A stretch of DNA of 64,000 nt from Henriciella pelagia (lineage in GTDB: Bacteria > Bacteroidota > Bacteroidia > Flavobacteriales_D > Crocinitomicaceae). Under the pieces are notes generated by a model. The model did not search any database, had not been told where the DNA came from, and saw only the letters and a program-made list of their open reading frames with translations. The DNA lies in NCBI GenBank assembly GCA_964219255.1, contig CAXPPC010000001.1, positions 154,539 through 218,538 of the forward strand, given 5' to 3'. Shown here piece after piece: positions 29,889-38,778 of this stretch (positions are counted from its first letter, which is position 1; each line of letters opens with the position of its first letter). A program made the translations under genes and the position numbers.

Positions 29889-31283
29889 ATGTTCAATCCA
29901 GTTGATGGAAATGCCATCCAATTTTTCAGAAGTTTACTCGGTGACAGTTGTTTCGAAGATTCGACTTCATTGGAGAAATACAGTCACGATGAAACAGAAG
30001 ATATTTCTATCCTTCCCGAAGTAGTATTAAAGCCGAAAAAAGCTGAAGAAATTGCCGAAATCCTCAAGTATTGTAACGAGCACAAAATTGCCGTAACACC
30101 TTCTGGAGCTAGAACAGGATTGAGTGGCGGAGCGATTCCTCTTCACGGTGGAGTTGCACTGTCAATGGAAAACTTCAATCGAATTTTAGAGATAGATGAA
30201 AAGAATCACCAAGTAACGACAGAACCTGGTGTCATCACTCAAGTTTTACAAGAATCGGTTAAGGAAAAAGGACTTTTCTATCCACCAGATCCAGCGAGTA
30301 AAGGAAGTTGTTTTATCGGTGGTAATGTTTCTGAGAACTCAGGCGGACCAAAAGCTGTAAAATATGGTGTAACCAATGAATACGTTCTCAACTTGGAGGT
30401 TGTTTTGCCCACTGGTGAAATTATTTGGACAGGTGCGAATGTGATTAAAAATGCTACTGGATATAATCTCACACAGCTAATTACTGGATCAGAAGGAACG
30501 TTAGGAATAATTACCAAAATTGTTCTTAAACTAATCCCCCATCCTACACACGATCTCCTACTTCTTGTTCCATTTTACAGTGCTCGTGAAGCCTGTGAAG
30601 CAGTTGGAGCGATTTTCCAGGAAGGAATTACACCAAGTGGATTAGAGTTCATGGAACGTGATGCCTTAATTTGGGCGCAAGATTTTATAGGAGAAAGTAG
30701 TGTTCCTGTTGGTGAAAATCATGCCGCTCATTTGTTGATTGAAGTTGATGGATTCGATCCAGATGTTTTAATGAATGAGGTAGCTAAAATTACCGAAGTT
30801 TTAGATCAATTTGAGACAGACGAAATTATGTTTGCCGAATCGCAGGCACAAAAAGATGCACTCTGGAAATTACGCAGAAGTGTTGGTGAAGCTGTAAAAT
30901 CTAACTCTATTTACAAAGAAGAAGATACTGTGGTCCCAAGGTTTGAACTTCCCGTTTTACTCGATCATATTAAGCGAATCGGAAACGAATACGGTTTTAA
31001 ATCCGTTTGTTACGGTCATGCTGGAGATGGAAACTTACATGTTAATATAATCAAAGGCGACTTAACGGACGAGCAATGGAATAACGAACTCCCAAAAGCG
31101 ATACGAGAACTTTTCACAGAAGTTGTCAACTTGAAAGGAACTATTTCAGGGGAACATGGGATTGGACTTGTACAGAAACCATATATGGATATTGCTTTTA
31201 GTAATAAATCACTTGAATTGATGCGAAATATCAAGAAGGTTTTTGATCCAAACTCAATTCTGAATCCAGGAAAGATTTTTTAG
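29889..31283 (+). CDS. FAD-linked oxidase (GlcD / D-lactate dehydrogenase family).
   Basis: PSGARTGLSGGA, the FAD-binding PCMH-type region, and GTISGEHGIGLVQKPY near the C-terminus. Confidence 0.88.
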   Translation: MFNPVDGNAIQFFRSLLGDSCFEDSTSLEKYSHDETEDISILPEVVLKPKKAEEIAEILKYCNEHKIAVTPSGARTGLSGGAIPLHGGVALSMENFNRILEIDEKNHQVTTEPGVITQVLQESVKEKGLFYPPDPASKGSCFIGGNVSENSGGPKAVKYGVTNEYVLNLEVVLPTGEIIWTGANVIKNATGYNLTQLITGSEGTLGIITKIVLKLIPHPTHDLLLLVPFYSAREACEAVGAIFQEGITPSGLEFMERDALIWAQDFIGESSVPVGENHAAHLLIEVDGFDPDVLMNEVAKITEVLDQFETDEIMFAESQAQKDALWKLRRSVGEAVKSNSIYKEEDTVVPRFELPVLLDHIKRIGNEYGFKSVCYGHAGDGNLHVNIIKGDLTDEQWNNELPKAIRELFTEVVNLKGTISGEHGIGLVQKPYMDIAFSNKSLELMRNIKKVFDPNSILNPGKIF

Positions 31284-31338
31284 TAAAAAAGAAACAAAAG
31301 TCATTTTTTAAGCCATCATTCCTTGGTACTTTTCCACC

Positions 31339-32439
31339 ATGAAAATGACCCGATTTTTTCGTTTTGCACCGATTTTCTTTGCAATCCTCTTAATCTCTGC
31401 TTGCTCTGAAGAAAGAGCCACCTTAACCGTTTCAAAAACAGATATAACTGAATCAGTTTATTCAAGTATAACTTTAGAACCGGAGTTTTTGTATTCCGTG
31501 TACAGCGAGCTTCCAGGAAGAATTATAGAATTCAAAAAAGAAACTGGGGATAGTGTTTCATTCGATGATATAATTTGTACAATTGATGCCGTCGGAGCTA
31601 TCAAAAACTCTGAAAACGCGGCCTTGAACCTTCAATTAATTCAAAACCAACTTTCTGGTGATGCAAGCGTAATTGACGACTTGGATGAGGAAATTGGAAT
31701 GGCTCAACAACAACTATCAATTGATTCAATCCAAATGTCGCGCATGATCGCACTTCAAAAAAAGGGTTTGGCATCCGAAGCGGAATTTGAGCAAGCTAAC
31801 CTAAAATTGACTTCATCAAAAACGCGATTAGAAGCATTAATTGCGCGTAAAAAGAGACTGTCACGTGAGCTAAAAATACAACAGCAACAAGCAAGAAATG
31901 CATACGAATCTGCATTGTCTACTTCAAGTGATGCAACCATAAAAAGTGTAGTTGATGGACTTGTTTATGAAGTTTTCAAGGAAAATGGTGAACTTGTAAA
32001 TGCGCAACAACCTATTGCAATGATAGGTTCAAATGATGATTTTATTATCCGAATGCTAATCGACGAAGTTGATATTACTAAAGTTGTGAAGGGACAAGAA
32101 GTACGGATCGACTTAGAAGCGTATCCAGGACGGACTTTTATTGCTAAAGTTGATCAAATTTATCCTAAAATGGATCCACAAACACAATCTTTTGAAGTTA
32201 TTGCAAAATTCGTCGAGGCACCGCCAAAATTGTATTTAGGACTTACTGGAGAGGCAAATATCATCGTAAGCGAAGCGAAAAATAGAATAGTTATTCCGCG
32301 AGATTATTTGATTGATGGAAACTCAGTTGAAACTCAGAACGGAATCAAGCAAATAAAAATCGGACTAAAAAACCTAACCAGTGTTGAAGTTCTCGACGGT
32401 ATAAAAGAAGGAGAAATCATATATCTACCAGAAGAATGA
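31339..32439 (+). CDS. HlyD/MacA-family periplasmic adaptor lipoprotein.
   Basis: Lipobox LLISACSEE, a central coiled-coil (LKLTSSKTRLEALIARKKRLSRELKIQQQQ), and a beta-barrel-like C-terminal part. Overlaps the next gene by 4 nt. Confidence 0.75.
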   Translation: MKMTRFFRFAPIFFAILLISACSEERATLTVSKTDITESVYSSITLEPEFLYSVYSELPGRIIEFKKETGDSVSFDDIICTIDAVGAIKNSENAALNLQLIQNQLSGDASVIDDLDEEIGMAQQQLSIDSIQMSRMIALQKKGLASEAEFEQANLKLTSSKTRLEALIARKKRLSRELKIQQQQARNAYESALSTSSDATIKSVVDGLVYEVFKENGELVNAQQPIAMIGSNDDFIIRMLIDEVDITKVVKGQEVRIDLEAYPGRTFIAKVDQIYPKMDPQTQSFEVIAKFVEAPPKLYLGLTGEANIIVSEAKNRIVIPRDYLIDGNSVETQNGIKQIKIGLKNLTSVEVLDGIKEGEIIYLPEE

Positions 32440-33683
32440 ATATAAAACTCCTCTTAAGTATATCGAAAACACATCTTTTCACAAGAAAGAAACAAACTAT
32501 CGTTGCCGCTCTTGGTGTAATGTTTGGAATCGGTTGTTATGTCATCATGCTTGGGTTCATGACTGGTTTGAATGACCTACTGGACGGAATGGTACTGAAC
32601 AGAACTCCACATATTCACATCTACAATGAATTATCTCCATCAGAAAATCAACCTGCAGAAAACGATAGTACTATTGCTTTCGTTCGTTCCATAAAGCCTA
32701 AGAATGAGCAAGAACGGATACACAATGCTCTACCTCTCATGAGCCACTTCGACAATCAAAACGATGTTATTGGAGTCACCCCAATGGTAAAAGTAGGTGC
32801 ATTTTATCTAGCTGGAAAAACCCAGTTAAATGCGTCAATTTTGGGAATTGATCCACTGAAAGAAGCGGAACTTTATCAACTCAATGATTATATAATTGAT
32901 GGAAGTGCAGAAGCGTTGTACCAGCAGCGAAATGGAATTTTACTTGGTAAAGGAGCAGCTGAAAAGCTATCGTTAGAAATTGGTGATATAATTCAGATTG
33001 GTACCATAAAAGGATCACAGTTTCAACTGAAAATTGTTGGTTTTTTCCAAAGTGGACTGGGTGAAATTGACAATGTACAAAGCTACGTCAACTTAAAAAT
33101 GGCTCAGCAGATACGAGGAGTTCATGATAATTTCATCACCGATATTAATATCAAGCTTAACGATTTGAATAAAGCTCCACAAATGGCACATCGAATCGAA
33201 GAAAACTACGGAATTACTGCTGTTGATATTCAAACAGCCAATGCTCAATATGAAACGGGGTCTTCAATTCGAACAATGATTTCATATGCCGTAAGCATCA
33301 CCCTGCTAATAGTTGCTGGATTTGGGATCTACAATATATTAAACATGCTGATCTATGAGAAGATGAATGATATTGCCATTCTCAAAGCAACCGGATTCTC
33401 TGGAAAAGATGTTCAACTAATTTTCATTTTTCAAGCACTAATAATTGGTCTTATTGGCGGAGTTTTAGGTCTTATTGTAGGTTACTCTGTGTCAGTTCTC
33501 ATCGATCATGTACCTTTTGAAACAGAAGCTTTACCAACAATAAAAACGATGCCAGTGAACTTTAATCCAAAATATTACATCATTGGCTTTAGTTTTTCGA
33601 TGATATCGACATTTTTAGCTGGATACTTCCCATCTAAGAAAGCGCAGCGCATCGATCCAGTTGAAATAATCCGTGGACAATAA
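32436..33683 (+). CDS. ABC transporter permease, FtsX/MacB-LolC type.
   Basis: N-terminal TM, a ~220 aa periplasmic domain, three C-terminal TMs, and a typical FtsX end (KAQRIDPVEIIRGQ). Confidence 0.88.
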   Translation: MNIKLLLSISKTHLFTRKKQTIVAALGVMFGIGCYVIMLGFMTGLNDLLDGMVLNRTPHIHIYNELSPSENQPAENDSTIAFVRSIKPKNEQERIHNALPLMSHFDNQNDVIGVTPMVKVGAFYLAGKTQLNASILGIDPLKEAELYQLNDYIIDGSAEALYQQRNGILLGKGAAEKLSLEIGDIIQIGTIKGSQFQLKIVGFFQSGLGEIDNVQSYVNLKMAQQIRGVHDNFITDINIKLNDLNKAPQMAHRIEENYGITAVDIQTANAQYETGSSIRTMISYAVSITLLIVAGFGIYNILNMLIYEKMNDIAILKATGFSGKDVQLIFIFQALIIGLIGGVLGLIVGYSVSVLIDHVPFETEALPTIKTMPVNFNPKYYIIGFSFSMISTFLAGYFPSKKAQRIDPVEIIRGQ

Positions 33684-34357
33684 TGAGCACTATTTTAGAA
33701 ACAAAAAATATTAATAAACACTTTAGAACTCCTGTAGACTTTCATGTTCTAAAGGACGTTTCGCTTAAAATAGATTCTGGAGAGTTCGTGTCGATAATGG
33801 GGAAATCAGGATGTGGGAAATCCACTCTACTCTACATTCTATCAACTATGGATACGGATTATGATGGTGAATTATACATAAACAACCATTTAACATCAGG
33901 ACTCTCGGCAGATCAACTTGCGGATATTCGTAATCGAGATATCGGCTTCGTTTTTCAATTTCATTACCTATTGTCAGAATTTACTGTTTTACGAAATGTT
34001 ATGTTTCCCGGCTTAAAACTCGGTCTTAAATCAGAAAAAGAAGTAGAGCACGATGCTTATGAAAAGCTAAAAGTGTTGGGAATAGAAGATCAAGCTTTAA
34101 AAATTGCCAGTCGTATTTCTGGTGGTCAGAAACAACGAGTTGCCATTGCCAGATCACTCATCAATGAACCAAAAATCATTATGGGGGACGAACCAACGGG
34201 TAACTTAGATAGCAAAAACTCGAATATCGTGTTTGATATTTTCAAAGAATTGGCCGTCGAAAAAGATTTATCGTTGTTAGTTGTAACGCACGACTCTGAT
34301 TTTGCTCACAAAACCGACCGTATCATCACCATGGAAGACGGAAAAATAATTTCCTAG
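33683..34357 (+). CDS. ABC transporter ATP-binding protein (LolD/MacB type).
   Basis: Walker A GKSGCGKST, signature SGGQKQRVAIAR, Walker B IIMGDEPT. ATG overlaps the upstream stop. Confidence 0.93.
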   Translation: MSTILETKNINKHFRTPVDFHVLKDVSLKIDSGEFVSIMGKSGCGKSTLLYILSTMDTDYDGELYINNHLTSGLSADQLADIRNRDIGFVFQFHYLLSEFTVLRNVMFPGLKLGLKSEKEVEHDAYEKLKVLGIEDQALKIASRISGGQKQRVAIARSLINEPKIIMGDEPTGNLDSKNSNIVFDIFKELAVEKDLSLLVVTHDSDFAHKTDRIITMEDGKIIS

Positions 34358-34899
34358 TTTTTCAAGAAATCCATGTCACCAGCTTTCATTCGGTGATAGG
34401 CACGAGAAAGATAAGCCAACATCATTCGCATAGCATCAAATGCTTCTTCGCTTTCAGCACTAATCTCTTTCTTTTGAAAACGCAGAAGAAGTTTCATGTA
34501 CATAGCATTCAATGTTACCTCAACCTCATTCTTTTCTTTTAAGTTGGATTTCGCCTTAAATTCTTCGATGTAGGCTTTTGCAGCGTCAACAACACCTTGA
34601 TACTTCTGGTCCATTGAAAGCATCGTTGTATGAAGGTAAGACAGCTCTACCATAATCTCGTTTAAAGAAGCCACGTGTCCCACTTTCTCGATATTCTGAG
34701 CCTTCATTTCATTAATAAGTCCCTGATACCATTGTCTGTATTGAGACATGAATGATTCATCCGGTAATTGTGGGCGAACATAATTCTCTAACACTGCTTC
34801 AATATCCAAGTTGTAAGCGCGAATTACATCTTCAATCTGATACATGTACAAAATGTATTCAGCAATATTTTCCTGTAATTTTTGTTGAGCGATTAACAT
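34354..34899 (-). CDS. DUF4924-like protein.
   Basis: The N-terminus (QENIAEYILYMYQIEDVIRAYNLD) resembles the Bacteroidota DUF4924 family as I recall it. All-helical composition. Confidence 0.6.
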   Translation of the reverse strand: MLIAQQKLQENIAEYILYMYQIEDVIRAYNLDIEAVLENYVRPQLPDESFMSQYRQWYQGLINEMKAQNIEKVGHVASLNEIMVELSYLHTTMLSMDQKYQGVVDAAKAYIEEFKAKSNLKEKNEVEVTLNAMYMKLLLRFQKKEISAESEEAFDAMRMMLAYLSRAYHRMKAGDMDFLKN

Positions 34900-34901
34900 G
34901 A

Positions 34902-35522
34902 TTATTTCTCCTCAGAGTCTTCTTTGCTTTCCTCTTTATCTTCTTCTTTATCCGACTTTGGAGCATCACCTTCTTGTTCATTCATGAAGTTGATAAAATC
35001 CATTGTCACATCCATTGAAGGTTCGATGTATAAAATCTGACCAGCCTGTTGCCAAGCCAGCATCATAGTATACCCGTTTTCTTCAGAATATTGCTTTGCA
35101 TATTTCTCCAACTTTTCGATCACCTCAAGGTTTCCTTCGTAATTCTGACGTTCAATATCTGCACCTTCAGTCTCTTGGAGTACTTGCATTTGCTCTTGCT
35201 TCTTCTGAATGCGTTGTTCATAGCTTTGAGCTTGATTTTGAGAGAGCAATCCTGCTTGCATTTGACGTTGGTACGATTGCAGCATATTTTGTCCCTCTTG
35301 CTGAAGTTTGAATAATCGCTCTTCATACACTTTTGCTTTCTCTTCGATATCACTCGCAAACTCCTTGTAGAAGATCAAGTTGTTTGGAACGCTATCCTTA
35401 ATGTAATAAGCGATTTTCAACTGAGTTTCATCAGCTTTATCAGCACTTTTATTCGATTTTTTTTCACCGCAAGAAGCAAGTGTTAACAATCCGATTAATC
35501 CAAGTAAAAAGATCTTATTCAT
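34902..35522 (-). CDS. OmpH/Skp-like periplasmic chaperone lipoprotein with an acidic C-terminal tail.
   Basis: The Met at 35522 gives MNKIFLLGLIGLLTLASCG (lipobox). Long Q/E-rich coiled-coil typical of Skp/OmpH. Tail DAPKSDKEEDKEESKEDSEEK. Confidence 0.65.
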   Translation of the reverse strand: MNKIFLLGLIGLLTLASCGEKKSNKSADKADETQLKIAYYIKDSVPNNLIFYKEFASDIEEKAKVYEERLFKLQQEGQNMLQSYQRQMQAGLLSQNQAQSYEQRIQKKQEQMQVLQETEGADIERQNYEGNLEVIEKLEKYAKQYSEENGYTMMLAWQQAGQILYIEPSMDVTMDFINFMNEQEGDAPKSDKEEDKEESKEDSEEK

Positions 35523-35767
35523 TTTGTGTTTTTTTCTTTGAATGCATTTTCCCAATCCGATCTCATTTCAACAAATCGCTTGAGTGAGTTTGAAAGTAAT
35601 TGTTCAGAGATCATTTTTTCGACATCATCCAAGCCATCAACATCAAGTTCGCCAATTTTGAATGTTTGCTCAAATTGTCCCAATTCAATTTTCACGATAT
35701 ACTTACCGTTGTATTGAAAAATTTGAATTTTGTAATGTTGATGTGGTATGTCTTTTACTAATCTCAT
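35519..35767 (-). CDS. Hypothetical small protein (82 aa).
   Basis: The Met at 35767 (MRLVKDIPHQHYKIQIF...) avoids the upstream terminator hairpin that the longer track ORF would include. Its stop forms an ATGA overlap with the Skp-like gene start. Confidence 0.5.
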   Translation of the reverse strand: MRLVKDIPHQHYKIQIFQYNGKYIVKIELGQFEQTFKIGELDVDGLDDVEKMISEQLLSNSLKRFVEMRSDWENAFKEKNTK

Positions 35768-35803
35768 GAATCCTTTCGGCAAAAATAATAGAATTTTGTG
35801 GGG

Positions 35804-35833
35804 AAAATAAAAAAAGCACCTCAATAGAGATGC
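35804..35833 (-). terminator. Rho-independent terminator after the DUF1987 gene.
   Basis: On the minus strand: GCATCTC-TATT-GAGGTGC (7 bp including one G-U pair) followed by TTTTTTTATTTT. It lies 28 nt after the DUF1987 stop. Confidence 0.55.
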
Positions 35834-35860
35834 TTTTGGGTCGTTGTAAAAGATATTGAT

Positions 35861-36259
35861 TTAAGCAAGTGCCAAATCAAACTCTTTGTATGTCTTAAAA
35901 TCAAAAGGAACTTTCACCATATAAGCGTAGTCCTGCCCAACTTCAAACATGTCTTCATCATCTTCTCTATAACTCCATTCTACTGAAGCAAACTTTCCTT
36001 GCTCCACCAAATCGTTCAATTTGTACAACAAGAAAAGAATTCTTTTTGAAGATGAAATATTAAAATACTCAAGGCGAATTTTCACCTTGGTAATTTCTCT
36101 TGCATTCAACATATAACTTTCGAACCAACTAAGAACAGGCACCCAAAATTCGTCTGGATTGTCAGGAATCGATCTTCCCGAAATTTCCATTACACCTGTA
36201 GTAGCATCAAAATTGATTTTAGGTGTTTGAGCCGTTTCTTCGATGTAGAATTGTGTCAT
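35861..36259 (-). CDS. DUF1987 / SiaC-like protein.
   Basis: Size is 132 aa. Motifs TPKINFDATTGVMEISGRSIPDNPDEFW...VLSWF, LEYFNISSSKRI and VEWSYRED match the DUF1987 (SiaC) architecture. Confidence 0.8.
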   Translation of the reverse strand: MTQFYIEETAQTPKINFDATTGVMEISGRSIPDNPDEFWVPVLSWFESYMLNAREITKVKIRLEYFNISSSKRILFLLYKLNDLVEQGKFASVEWSYREDDEDMFEVGQDYAYMVKVPFDFKTYKEFDLALA

Positions 36260-36395
36260 AGTTTTCTCTTAAGTAGACTGCAATTTGTGATTTTTTTTGC
36301 AACATTCTTCGGATTTTCTACGAATCAGTAAAAATTGTAGATCAACCCATTTATTGATTCGTTAAAATTAAATAATTATCGACGTAGAATGTATT

Positions 36396-37214
36396 TTAAT
36401 CAATGAAATAGGGTCTTTGTTCAATAAGTCTAGATATTGGCTTTTCAATAATCAAATCGATTTTCACTCCAAATTCAGAGAAAATCTCCTTCCATTCTTC
36501 CTGATGAAAGAAAACATAACTCCCTGATAGACTAATAGTTGAAACTGAACTTAAGTCGATATGTTTCTGAATGAACTGACGGATATTTTCCGTATGAAAC
36601 TCTTTAAAAAGTTCTTTTTCGCCAGATAGCATTTTAGGAATTTCTGAAATTTCTTTTTTGTTTTCAAGAGGATTTAACTCTCTGAATCTCTCATTTAGAC
36701 CATTTTTCATAAGTAGTTTACTCTGATCCATGGATAAGCTCCCCTCATTGAATGCATTAAAAATCAACTTTCCGAAGAAATAACCACTCCCCTCATCTCC
36801 AACTTCATGACCTTTACCTCCGATTATTTGGTTGACTTCAGTTCCTGACCATTCAAAGAGAACAGAGCCAGTCCCAGCAATTCCACACCAACCGGAATCA
36901 TTCCCTTTTAAAGCATACGCAGCGGCATGTAGATCTGAAAACACTTTTGTTTCAAAGCCTATTTTCTCGAAGGCATTTTTAGCAATTTCGTTATTTGGTT
37001 TTCTTAAACAACCAGATCCAAAAAAGAAAAGCTTGCAGTCCTGTGGGTCCACTTTTTCTTTCAGAAACGAGGACAATTTCTCCCAAAATTTCGGCGACCA
37101 AAAGTGAGGGTGACAGCTTGGCCCTGAAAAGTAAACTACTTCATCATTTTTAATTAAAACCCAATCAGTTTTGGTACCACCACTATCTGCTATCAGAATA
37201 AATTGTCTCACCAA
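36396..37214 (-). CDS. BadF/BadG/BcrA/BcrD-type ATPase (N-acetylglucosamine kinase-like).
   Basis: N-terminal ASKHA phosphate-1 motif LIADSGGTKTDW. Also GIAGTGS and GGKGHEVGDEGSG. TTG or GTG start. Confidence 0.8.
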   Translation of the reverse strand: MVRQFILIADSGGTKTDWVLIKNDEVVYFSGPSCHPHFWSPKFWEKLSSFLKEKVDPQDCKLFFFGSGCLRKPNNEIAKNAFEKIGFETKVFSDLHAAAYALKGNDSGWCGIAGTGSVLFEWSGTEVNQIIGGKGHEVGDEGSGYFFGKLIFNAFNEGSLSMDQSKLLMKNGLNERFRELNPLENKKEISEIPKMLSGEKELFKEFHTENIRQFIQKHIDLSSVSTISLSGSYVFFHQEEWKEIFSEFGVKIDLIIEKPISRLIEQRPYFID

Positions 37215-37257
37215 ACGAAAGTAATGAATCGATTTGAAACAATATCTTTAGAAAATA

Positions 37258-38127
37258 ATGTCTTTAGAGAACTATCATATTATCCAGTCGCTTAGTAAAA
37301 AAAAGCAGTTTGGTCGAGTGTATTTGGCTCAAGAAAAGACGGGTAATCACAAAGTTGTTATAAAATCGGTACTTAAAGAAGATCAAAAAGCCTATGAAAG
37401 GTTGTTGAATGAGGCAAAATGGTCATTTGATGAGACTGGACTTCCCAAAATTCTTGAAACTTTAGAAGATGAAATCACTTTCGCTATCGTAAAAGATTAT
37501 GTCGATGGAGAACCCGTTGATCAATACTTTAAACGACTTAAAAAAAAGCAGACTAATTCATTTCTATTGCGATTTACAATTCAATTCGATAAGCTACTAA
37601 AAACTATTCATTCAAGAGGATTAGTTCATTGTGATATTAAACCAGGGAACATTCTTATTTCTGGAGATTTCGATTCATTTGATGTTCATTTAATCGACTT
37701 CGGACTTGCCATAAACATGAACGATATTGAGAAGCGATCAATGCTTTTTCCTCTCGGTTATGCTGCTCCGGAATTACTATTAAACCGACTTGAGTTGGTT
37801 AATCCACAAACAGACATTTTTTCAGTTGGAATATTATTTTGGCGTCTAATTGTAGGAAAACTTCCTTTAGCTCATCCCAACCCGAGCATTTTTACTAATC
37901 TACAACTGACTCATCCACTGCCAGAGCATTCCGATCTAAAAAATAAACTCTTTCAAATTTTGACAAATCTGAGTAATAAACATGAATTCGCTCTTCCCCC
38001 AAATAGAATGAACTACGAAGAAGTGAATAATTGCTTATTAATTGCAAGAAACGAACGACCTACAGATTTGAGATCGTTAATAGATTATTTTGAATCCGAG
38101 AATTCTCGTCGATTTAAACTTTGGTAA
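37258..38127 (+). CDS. Hanks-type Ser/Thr protein kinase, catalytic domain only.
   Basis: VVIKSV (VAIK-like Lys), HCDIKPGNILI (catalytic loop), DFGLA, and YAAPE. No TM segment or extra domains. Confidence 0.85.
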   Translation: MSLENYHIIQSLSKKKQFGRVYLAQEKTGNHKVVIKSVLKEDQKAYERLLNEAKWSFDETGLPKILETLEDEITFAIVKDYVDGEPVDQYFKRLKKKQTNSFLLRFTIQFDKLLKTIHSRGLVHCDIKPGNILISGDFDSFDVHLIDFGLAINMNDIEKRSMLFPLGYAAPELLLNRLELVNPQTDIFSVGILFWRLIVGKLPLAHPNPSIFTNLQLTHPLPEHSDLKNKLFQILTNLSNKHEFALPPNRMNYEEVNNCLLIARNERPTDLRSLIDYFESENSRRFKLW

Positions 38128-38778
38128 TTACCAACCAATATCTCTTCTGTAACCGATATTAAAGTCAAATAAAAATTGAGAAAAATCCGCTGTACTTGTA
38201 GTATTTGGACTTGCTCCTCCGAACAACAAAATTGATAGTCCCGCATCCACGAAAATTGTTCCGAACGGATAATTGGTATATTTTACACCTCCATTCAATC
38301 CACCTCCAACACCAAATATACTTCCATCTGCAGCGTATGAATCCACAAAATAAAGTGACTCATCATAATCATCAATTCTGGTTTGGACTTTACTGAACAT
38401 TAAAGACAGTTTAGTACCACCATATCCGGCCCAACCGTAATCAAAGCCATCACCTAAATAATAACGAATTCCTCCTTCAATTGTAGTAAAATTAGTTTTG
38501 CTAATCCCCATTAGCGTGATGTTTTGAGGCTGCGTGTTGATATCAAAAGCAGTTCCAGCAATAAAAATGGAGTCACCACTTGATCGGCTGAAAAAATGTG
38601 AAATTCTACCATAGTATGCCGTCGCATCATCTTGAGGAATTTCAAGTCCCAAATTAAATCCTGTAAATGGACGTTCAACACCAAATCCTTTCAACAAACT
38701 TGGACCAGCACTAATACTAAATTGAGCAGATAAATTAAAAGCGAAAACAACAAATAAAGCAGCTATAATATTTTTCAT
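38128..38778 (-). CDS. Small outer-membrane beta-barrel protein (216 aa).
   Basis: The Met at 38778 gives MKNIIAALFVVFAFNLSAQ (signal). Alternating beta-strand pattern, ending ...GYRRDIGW. The ATG forms an ATGA overlap with the tag stop. Confidence 0.65.
   Translation of the reverse strand: MKNIIAALFVVFAFNLSAQFSISAGPSLLKGFGVERPFTGFNLGLEIPQDDATAYYGRISHFFSRSSGDSIFIAGTAFDINTQPQNITLMGISKTNFTTIEGGIRYYLGDGFDYGWAGYGGTKLSLMFSKVQTRIDDYDESLYFVDSYAADGSIFGVGGGLNGGVKYTNYPFGTIFVDAGLSILLFGGASPNTTSTADFSQFLFDFNIGYRRDIGW

Noticed and set aside
35049-35359. Three overlapping ORFs (two on +, one on -) inside the Skp-like gene.
   Set aside because: They arise from the Q/E/K-rich low-complexity coiled-coil coding sequence, which is poor in stop codons in several frames. 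Only the lipobox-containing frame has a sensible start and gene context.
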